Source: a virus (Duplodnaviria > Caudoviricetes). Taken from it: DNA of 25,073 nucleotides. Of this stretch, positions 18,535-25,073 are shown in pieces; the first letter of the stretch is position 1, and every line of letters begins with the position of its first letter. The position numbers were made by a program, and so were the translations under genes. The notes under the pieces are model-generated. The model had not been told where the DNA came from. It worked only from the letters and a program-made list of their open reading frames with translations, and did not search any database. The stretch spans positions 1 through 25,073 of IMG/VR virus record IMGVR_UViG_3300042997_001175; one strand, 5' to 3'.

Positions 18535-19806
18535 ATGAAAAACTTGAAATTTAGCATTATTACTCCAACACATGATCCAGATAACATTCCTTTTCTGTTA
18601 GAGGCATTTGAGAGTTTGTGTGCGCAAACTTATGTAAATTGGGAATGGATACTGTTTATAAACAATAAATTTTTACCACAACTTGTGCCGAATGTGATCG
18701 AAGATCATCCAAAGGTTAAAATATATCATGCATATATCGATACACCAAATTTAGGTGCAATCAAGAAAGCTGCATTCTCATTGGGAACAGGAGATGTTTT
18801 GGTTGAATTGGATCATGATGATATGTTGGTGTCAACTTGTTTGGAAAAACTAAATGCGGCATATCAAGATGATGAAATTGGATTTGTTTACAGTGATTGT
18901 GCGATGTTACATATGGAAAACAATTTTATTCCATATGATAATACACACGGTTGGACACATAAATCGTTTAATTGGAAAGGTAAAGAACTAACTGTCATGG
19001 ATTCTTTTACTCCATCCAGTCAATCATTATCATATATTTGGTATGCTCCTGATCATGTTAGATCATGGAGAAAAACACACTATCATGAAATAGGCGGACA
19101 TAATCCAGACATGTTCATCTGTGATGATCATGAACTATGCATCAGGTCTTATCTGACTACAAAAATGCATTTTATACCTGAGCCGCTGTACGTCTACAGA
19201 ATAACAGGAAACAATACATCCATAAACAAAAGAAATTCTGAAATACAACAAAAAACTAAAGAACTACATGCACAGTATGCACAAAAACTAGCTGAGAAAG
19301 ATGCTAAAGATAAAAATTTGCTGTGCGTTGATATTGGTGGTGGACTAAATCCTTATGCAAATTACATGTCAATTGATTTACGTGAGGATGCAGATATTGT
19401 TCATGATCTAAACGACGGAATACCACTTCCAGATAACACAGTTGGTGTGTTGAATGCTAGTCACATACTAGAACACTTACATGATAAGACCAAGATCATG
19501 GCTGAGATACATCGTGTTTTGGCACCAGGAGGTTGGGCATTCATTCAAGTTCCTAGCACCGACGGAAGAGGTGCATTTCAGGATCCAACCCATGTTAGCT
19601 ACTGGAATGAAAACTGTTTTCTATATTACACAGACGCATATCTCGCAAATTTCATAGATAATAAGAAGATCCGTTTCCAAGAATATCGCAGACAGACATA
19701 TTTTCCCAACGAATGGTTGAAAAATTTGAATGTTTGTGTGACGGATGCATGGTTAGTTGCGGTCAAAGATGGTATGCCAAGATTACCTGGTCCACTAAAG
19801 ATATAA
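18535..19806 (+). CDS. GT2 glycosyltransferase - class I SAM methyltransferase fusion (423 aa)
   Basis: FSIITPTH...SL.AQTY.NWEWI, ELDHDD and DD.EL in the N-domain. VDIGGG, DL..GIPLPDN.V....ASHILEHL, EIHRVL.PGG...I.VP and DPTH in the C-domain. Confidence 0.88.
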   Translation: MKNLKFSIITPTHDPDNIPFLLEAFESLCAQTYVNWEWILFINNKFLPQLVPNVIEDHPKVKIYHAYIDTPNLGAIKKAAFSLGTGDVLVELDHDDMLVSTCLEKLNAAYQDDEIGFVYSDCAMLHMENNFIPYDNTHGWTHKSFNWKGKELTVMDSFTPSSQSLSYIWYAPDHVRSWRKTHYHEIGGHNPDMFICDDHELCIRSYLTTKMHFIPEPLYVYRITGNNTSINKRNSEIQQKTKELHAQYAQKLAEKDAKDKNLLCVDIGGGLNPYANYMSIDLREDADIVHDLNDGIPLPDNTVGVLNASHILEHLHDKTKIMAEIHRVLAPGGWAFIQVPSTDGRGAFQDPTHVSYWNENCFLYYTDAYLANFIDNKKIRFQEYRRQTYFPNEWLKNLNVCVTDAWLVAVKDGMPRLPGPLKI

Positions 19807-19809
19807 ATA
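19802..19809 (+). promoter_or_regulatory. T4 late (gp55) promoter TATAAATA
   Basis: Exact T4 consensus, overlapping the upstream stop codon, 25 bp before gp13. Confidence 0.85.
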
Positions 19810-19834
19810 AGCCATAAACACATGGGCATTTTAT

Positions 19835-20788
19835 ATGGCAACACCTAGAACAAGAACTGAATTCAAAGAATACTGCTTACGCAGACTTGGTCATCCAGTC
19901 ATCCAAATCAACATAGATGACGATCAATTGGATGATCGAGTTGACGATGCACTAGCATTTTACCACGACTATCATTATGATGGCATGGAACAGATGTATT
20001 TGAAACATCAGATCACACAAGAAGACATGGACAGAAGATACATTTTTTGCCCAGATGCAGTCAACTTTGTGACGGGTATTTTGCCATTTGACCAGTCAAA
20101 CTCCTCAGTCAACATGTTTGACTTGAGATATCAGTTAAGATTGCATGACCTGTATGACTTTACATCCGTATCGTATGTGTCATATGAAATTACCATGCAA
20201 CACATTCGTACACTGAATCTATTGTTCTCTGGAACACCACAGGTCAGATTTAACCGCAAGATGAATAGACTGCACCTTGATATTGATTGGACAAGAGATG
20301 TTAATGTTGGTAGCTGGGTTATTGTTGAGTGCTATCGTAGGATAGAACCAGACTCTAGAATTTCAACAGGCACTGTGTCTGTTACAGCAGCATCAAACAC
20401 AGTCATAGGAACAGGCACATCATTCAACAGTGAACTATCTGTTGATGATGAAATCATTATCAATGGTGAGGCTAAGAAAATTGTTTCTATTGCAGGAGCA
20501 GCGTCACTAAACGTTCAGTCTCAATTTGCAGCAACAGCAACTGGCGCCACACTGACACGACCAGGTTTCTCCGATGTGTGGAACGATAGATTTTTGAAGC
20601 AATATGCAACGGCAAAGATCAAATATCAGTGGGGAAGTAACCTAAGCAAGTTTGCAGGAATTCAGATGCCAGGTGGTGTTACACTTGATGGTGTCAGAAT
20701 AATGCAAGAAGCTGCGGAAGAGATGAAGGAATTAGAAGAAGGTTTGATAAACACAAATGTGCTTCCAGCAGAGATAATGATGGGCTAA
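19835..20788 (+). CDS. gp13: T4-like neck protein gp13 (317 aa)
   Basis: KEYCLRRLG.PVI.IN.DDDQ..DR.D.AL..Y..YHYDG and WND..LK.YATA.IK.QWG.NL.KF.G.Q.PGGVTLDG; synteny with 14-15-16-17. Confidence 0.93.
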   Translation: MATPRTRTEFKEYCLRRLGHPVIQINIDDDQLDDRVDDALAFYHDYHYDGMEQMYLKHQITQEDMDRRYIFCPDAVNFVTGILPFDQSNSSVNMFDLRYQLRLHDLYDFTSVSYVSYEITMQHIRTLNLLFSGTPQVRFNRKMNRLHLDIDWTRDVNVGSWVIVECYRRIEPDSRISTGTVSVTAASNTVIGTGTSFNSELSVDDEIIINGEAKKIVSIAGAASLNVQSQFAATATGATLTRPGFSDVWNDRFLKQYATAKIKYQWGSNLSKFAGIQMPGGVTLDGVRIMQEAAEEMKELEEGLINTNVLPAEIMMG

Positions 20789-20793
20789 AATAA

Positions 20794-21699
20794 ATGTCCA
20801 CAAACTTTTATTTCAATAATTTTCCTCAACACCAAGTAACAAGTGAGCAATTACTTGTAGAAGATTTGGTGATTGAGGCCATGCAAATAAATGGCATGGA
20901 CGTATACTATCTTCCACGCACAAGTCGCGATGAAGTTGATATGCTCTATGGTGAGGATCCACTCAAAGAATATCGCACGGCACATGCAATTGAAATGTAT
21001 ATGGAAAACGTCACTGGCATGGACGGTGAAGGTGACTTCATTTCAAAGTTTGGTCTAGAGATACGTGATGAAGTAACATTGTTGGTGGCAAGACGCAGAT
21101 TTGCAATGTCTGTGCAATTACCTAGGGCGAGAGAAGGAGACTTGGTATACATTCCCCTAGTACAGAATTTCTTTGAAATTACATTTGTTGAGCATGAAAA
21201 CGATCAAGCAATGTTTTACACATTAGGTAGAGGACGTGGTGGAAACGTGTATGTGTACGCATTGAAAATGAAGCAATTTGTGTTTAGTGAAGAAATCATA
21301 TCAACGGGAGTACAAGAAATTGATGATCAAGCATTCACCGAATACAAGAGGACAGAGATTGCACTGGCTAATAATGTTGTTTATCCAGCAGGTACAGGCT
21401 CATTTATTCCTGGCGAAATTATCTATCAGGGCAATTCAGTTGCAACAGCAAATGCTGAAGCCATTGTATACTCATATACACCCCATTCAAAAGTTACAGT
21501 TATTCGCGTTCAGGGAACATTTGGCACAGGCACAATAAAAGGCAATACAAGTTCAGCTAATAGAAGCGCAATTGCAACGAACACAGACACTCAAGTCGGA
21601 AATGATATTTTCGAGGACATAAACGATAACTTGAGGATACAGTCTGAAGCAGACGGTATTATCGATTTCACAGAGAATAATCCATTTGGTGAATTTTGA
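20794..21699 (+). CDS. gp14: T4-like neck protein gp14 (301 aa)
   Basis: EQ.L.EDLV.E.....G.DVYYLPR, SKFGL.I.DE, EGDL.Y.P....FEI.FVE and a C-terminal DFTE.NPFG. Confidence 0.93.
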   Translation: MSTNFYFNNFPQHQVTSEQLLVEDLVIEAMQINGMDVYYLPRTSRDEVDMLYGEDPLKEYRTAHAIEMYMENVTGMDGEGDFISKFGLEIRDEVTLLVARRRFAMSVQLPRAREGDLVYIPLVQNFFEITFVEHENDQAMFYTLGRGRGGNVYVYALKMKQFVFSEEIISTGVQEIDDQAFTEYKRTEIALANNVVYPAGTGSFIPGEIIYQGNSVATANAEAIVYSYTPHSKVTVIRVQGTFGTGTIKGNTSSANRSAIATNTDTQVGNDIFEDINDNLRIQSEADGIIDFTENNPFGEF

Positions 21700-22703
21700 T
21701 GCTAAAGAATAATCATTTTTATAATAGAACAATAAGAAAGATGGTTGTGGCTTTTGGCACACTTTTCAACGATCTTGTTTTAGTTAGATACAATAAGTCG
21801 GGAACTGAGGAGTATGAGCGAACAAGAGTTCCGCTGTCATTCGGAGCGAAAGAAAAATATCTAACTCGATTGACAAGTGATCCTAATCTAACAAAGTCGA
21901 TCAGTGCATATGTACCAAGAATATCATTTGATTTGGTTGGTCTAACTTATGATTCAACCAGAAAAGTCAACACACTGAATAGAAACTTTGCTGTTGATGA
22001 TACAACAGGTAGAGTTTCTGCACAGTATGCACCTGTTCCATATAACTTTGAGTTTGACTTAAACATTTATGTACGCAATCATGAAGATGGTACACAAATT
22101 CTTGAGCAAATTTTACCAGTATTTACACCAGACTTTACAGTTACTGTAGACCTGATACCCACACTGGGTAGAAAATATGACATTCCAATCATGTTGAATT
22201 CTGTTACACCACAGATAGACTATGAAGGAGACATGTCCACAACACGATTGATCATTTGGAATTTGACGTTCACAGTCAAGGGCTATATATTTCCCGCAAC
22301 TTCCACTGTTGGTGGTCTCATCAGACAGGCAAATACTAATATCTTCATTGACAGTAGGTTGTCTGGTGGCCCACAAAAAGTTTATGTGGATATGGCATCC
22401 GGTAATGGTGTATTCACTACAGGTGAAACGATTCGTACAGTCGGCTCAGAGAAAACAGGATCAGTTGTTTACTTTGCAAATAACAGTTTAGGAACATTAG
22501 TTGTATCTGACATGTCTAGTTTGTTGGAAGAGAATGATATCGTTGTTGGAGACTACTCAAACGCAACATATACAGTAGACACCGTAGATTTGAATCCAAT
22601 TAAAACCGTATCTATTGTGGTAACACCAGATCCAGCATCAGCTAATGCAGACGATGATTACGGATTTACTACCACGATCACTGAATTTCCTGACACATTA
22701 TGA
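21699..22703 (+). CDS. gp15: T4-like tail sheath stabiliser / tail terminator gp15
   Basis: FY..TIRK.VVAFGTLFN, VP..FG.KEK, PR.SF, P.PY, QILEQILP.F.P and W.L.F..KGY. The ATG at 21699 overlaps the gp14 stop (TGATG). Confidence 0.93.
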   Translation: MLKNNHFYNRTIRKMVVAFGTLFNDLVLVRYNKSGTEEYERTRVPLSFGAKEKYLTRLTSDPNLTKSISAYVPRISFDLVGLTYDSTRKVNTLNRNFAVDDTTGRVSAQYAPVPYNFEFDLNIYVRNHEDGTQILEQILPVFTPDFTVTVDLIPTLGRKYDIPIMLNSVTPQIDYEGDMSTTRLIIWNLTFTVKGYIFPATSTVGGLIRQANTNIFIDSRLSGGPQKVYVDMASGNGVFTTGETIRTVGSEKTGSVVYFANNSLGTLVVSDMSSLLEENDIVVGDYSNATYTVDTVDLNPIKTVSIVVTPDPASANADDDYGFTTTITEFPDTL

Positions 22704-23083
22704 AAACAGATAAATCATTAGCTGACATATTTGATATCAATCCTATCGGAACACAAAGTCTTCCCGCACCAATTGTCGTTCAAAGCGACATTGATTCTGA
22801 CTTTGAGTTTGCTAGAAATAATATTCGCGAGCTTGCAGAAAAAGGTAAAGCTGCGGTTGACAATATATTGCAAGTTGCGTCAGCAACGGATCATCCAAGA
22901 GCATATGAAGTTGCAGCAAACTTACTGAAGAGTATGTCCGATATCAATAAAGACTTGATTGAATTACAAAAGAAGAAACGCGATCTGATGCCTCAGAAAG
23001 AACAGCCACAAATTACGGTAGATAAAGCTGTGTTTATCGGTTCAACCTCAGATTTGATAAAACAAATAAAACAAATAGGATAA
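22700..23083 (+). CDS. gp16: Terminase small subunit gp16 (127 aa)
   Basis: DFE.AR.N, HPRAYEV..LL, L..LQK and F.GST.DL; position between 15 and 17. Confidence 0.9.
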   Translation: MKTDKSLADIFDINPIGTQSLPAPIVVQSDIDSDFEFARNNIRELAEKGKAAVDNILQVASATDHPRAYEVAANLLKSMSDINKDLIELQKKKRDLMPQKEQPQITVDKAVFIGSTSDLIKQIKQIG

Positions 23084-23085
23084 AA

Positions 23086-23520
23086 ATGGAACAGCTAGTA
23101 CAGCAACTAAAAACAATTTTGGGCACAAACTTCGGTTTGTATTTCAAAACACACACTTTTCACTGGAACATTGAGGGATCAGATTTTGTTCAGTACCATG
23201 GATTTTTAGGTGAAACATACACACAAATATTCAACAATACGGATTTGATTGCGGAGAAGATTAGAATGTTGGGTGTATATGCTCCAACAGGCATTTCTCG
23301 TATGATTGAACTGTCAGACGTTACAGAAAATGCAAATATTCCTGATGCTAGAAGCATGTTGTCGGAACTTGTGACAGATAACGGTAAAATGATTTATCAT
23401 CTACGTGCAGGAATCGTTGCTGCGGATAGCGCAAATGAGCCAGCGATAGGAAATTTTCTACAAGATTTATTAGATCAACATCAAAAGATAAACTGGTTCT
23501 TGAAGAGTCTTATTAAGTAA
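23086..23520 (+). CDS. dps: Dps family ferritin-like protein (144 aa)
   Basis: H..HWN..G..F...H.....Y.......D..AE.IR.LG..P. Ferroxidase His(0), His(+12), Asp(+27) and Glu(+31) are present, with a C-terminal H.K..W.L. Confidence 0.92.
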   Translation: MEQLVQQLKTILGTNFGLYFKTHTFHWNIEGSDFVQYHGFLGETYTQIFNNTDLIAEKIRMLGVYAPTGISRMIELSDVTENANIPDARSMLSELVTDNGKMIYHLRAGIVAADSANEPAIGNFLQDLLDQHQKINWFLKSLIK

Positions 23521-25073
23521 TGGCATATGCTGGTGGTTATAACGGTAACTCAAGTCTGAAGAGGGCGGATGTTGAAATAGAATACACCCGCGATCAACTA
23601 ATTGAGATTACCAAATGTATCAAAGATCCTGTGTACTTCATCACGAAGTATGTCAAGATCGTCAACGTTGATGAGGGTTTAGTACCGTTCAATATGTGGC
23701 CTTTCCAAGTGGAAATGGTCAAAGGGTTTCATGCAAACAGATTCTCTATAGCAAAGATGCCTCGACAGGTGGGTAAAACAACCACGGCTGCTGGTTACAT
23801 GTTATGGTGTGTGTTGTTTACGGATGATTATAAGATTGCTATTCTCGCAAACAAGGGTGATCTAGCTAGAGATATTCTAGGAAGAATCAAGTATGCATTT
23901 GAATATCTTCCTCTTTGGATGCAGCAAGGCATTGTTGAATGGAACAAAGGAAACATTGTTCTTGAGAACGGATCAGAAATTTCTGCATATGCAACAAGTG
24001 CGGCTGGTGTTCGTGGTGGATCATATAACTTAGTTTTTTTGGATGAATTTGCTTTCGTTCCACAAAACATGGCAGTTGAATTCTTTACGTCCACCTATCC
24101 TGTTATTTCATCCGGTAAAACTACCAAAGTTATTATTGTCTCAACGCCACATGGTCTGAATATGTTCTATAAAATGTGGACCGATGCTGTTGAAAAGCGT
24201 TCTTTGTACGTTCCATTGGAGGTTCACTGGTCCATGGTACCAGGTAGAGATGCAAAGTGGCGAGATGAGACAATCAGAAACACAAGTGAAGAGCAGTTCA
24301 GGCAAGAATTTGAGACTGAGTTCTTGGGTTCATCAGCAACTTTGATTCCAGGATCAAAATTGAAGACACTAACATTCAACTATCCTATATCAACGGAAGA
24401 ATATCTACAAATTTTTGAGCTTCCTAAAGCCGGGCATACATATATCGCTGTGGTTGATTGTGCTGAAGGTGTTGGTTTAGACTATTCAGTATGTTCAGTC
24501 ATTGATGTTACTGAGTTGCCATACAAACATGTGGCTAAATTCAGAGATAATAAACTATCTCCTATGATATTTCCAACGTATGTCTATAATTTGGTGAATA
24601 GATATAACAGAGCTTGGGTTCTAGTGGAAACAAACAGTGTTGGTCAACAGGTTGTGGACATTCTTCACTACGACCTTGAGTATGAAAACATCTTCAGGAT
24701 TGAACATCATGAGATAAAGGGTCAGCACATATCATCAGGCTTCAAAAAAGGTGCTGCATATGGCGTAAAAACATCAAAGACAGTAAAAAAGATTGGCTGT
24801 GCCAACTTGAAGACGCTAATTGAAACGGATAAACTCATCACGAATGACTTTGATGCCATCGCCGAACTCAACACATTCGTCAGGGTAAAAGAGTCTTATG
24901 AAGCTGAAGAGGGTAATAATGATGATATTGTTATGACTCTTGTTCTATTTTCTTGGTTGACTGCACAGTCTTACTTCAAAGAAATCACAGATTCAGACGT
25001 TAGACAGAGACTGTTGGACGAAAGAAATCTACAAATGGATGATGAAATGTTACCTGTTGGTGAGCTAGATGAT
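23520..25073 (+). CDS. gp17: Terminase large subunit gp17 (3' partial, 518 codons seen)
   Basis: Not in the ORF track because it has no stop. ATG 23520 overlaps the dps stop. Reads MAYAGGYNGN..LKR, with Walker A PRQVGKT, Walker B VFLDEFAF, STP.G, RQEFE and nuclease motifs VDCAEG.G.DYS and NDDIVM. Confidence 0.96.
   Translation, partial: MAYAGGYNGNSSLKRADVEIEYTRDQLIEITKCIKDPVYFITKYVKIVNVDEGLVPFNMWPFQVEMVKGFHANRFSIAKMPRQVGKTTTAAGYMLWCVLFTDDYKIAILANKGDLARDILGRIKYAFEYLPLWMQQGIVEWNKGNIVLENGSEISAYATSAAGVRGGSYNLVFLDEFAFVPQNMAVEFFTSTYPVISSGKTTKVIIVSTPHGLNMFYKMWTDAVEKRSLYVPLEVHWSMVPGRDAKWRDETIRNTSEEQFRQEFETEFLGSSATLIPGSKLKTLTFNYPISTEEYLQIFELPKAGHTYIAVVDCAEGVGLDYSVCSVIDVTELPYKHVAKFRDNKLSPMIFPTYVYNLVNRYNRAWVLVETNSVGQQVVDILHYDLEYENIFRIEHHEIKGQHISSGFKKGAAYGVKTSKTVKKIGCANLKTLIETDKLITNDFDAIAELNTFVRVKESYEAEEGNNDDIVMTLVLFSWLTAQSYFKEITDSDVRQRLLDERNLQMDDEMLPVGELDD

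Noticed and set aside
16103-19806. DNA base hypermodification cluster (TET/JBP plus glycosyltransferase)
   Set aside because: Not preferred rather than excluded: the context is the late structural module, the GT is TPR-linked, and there is no DNA methylase, kinase or thymidylate-synthase neighbour.
12560-23536. Chi-like GCTGGTGG octamers
   Set aside because: They are explained by Ala-Gly-Gly codons, and the host Chi sequence is unknown.
267-24094. All minus-strand ORFs in the track
   Set aside because: Each overlaps a well-supported plus-strand gene and shows no recognisable motif.
23520-25073. Intein, intron or homing endonuclease in gp17
   Set aside because: The ATPase and nuclease motifs run continuously with normal spacing.
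1-25073. Stop-codon recoding, tRNA genes or Rho-independent terminators
   Set aside because: Genes are intact under the standard code, intergenic gaps are at most about 52 bp, and no GC-rich hairpin with a U-tract was seen.

Overview
A dense, entirely plus-strand stretch of the late (virion) module of a T4-like myovirus, with gene content resembling aquatic T4-like phages. It uses the standard genetic code, and the host cannot be determined from this window. Bases 1-16050 hold a large fibre/adhesin cluster: a 5'-truncated repeat-rich fibre with an S74 chaperone, two gp37-N-like fibres, two collagen-like fibres, and LamG, glycine-rich and lectin-like adhesins with small partner genes. Bases 16103-19806 hold a three-gene enzyme cassette (2OG-Fe(II) oxygenase; GT2-TPR-oxygenase fusion; GT2-methyltransferase fusion). 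Bases 19835-25073 hold gp13, gp14, gp15, gp16, a Dps ferritin and a 3'-truncated gp17. The best candidate for a new system is a phage-encoded hydroxylation/glycosylation/methylation pathway for virion proteins, possibly targeting an 'AN(T/S/V/A)' motif that recurs in the structural proteins. Also notable are an apparent modular fibre assembly code (C-terminal GGxF tags, IQLK N-terminal domains) and a LamG scaffold carrying swappable inserted domains. All family assignments come from motif recognition by eye, not from database searches.
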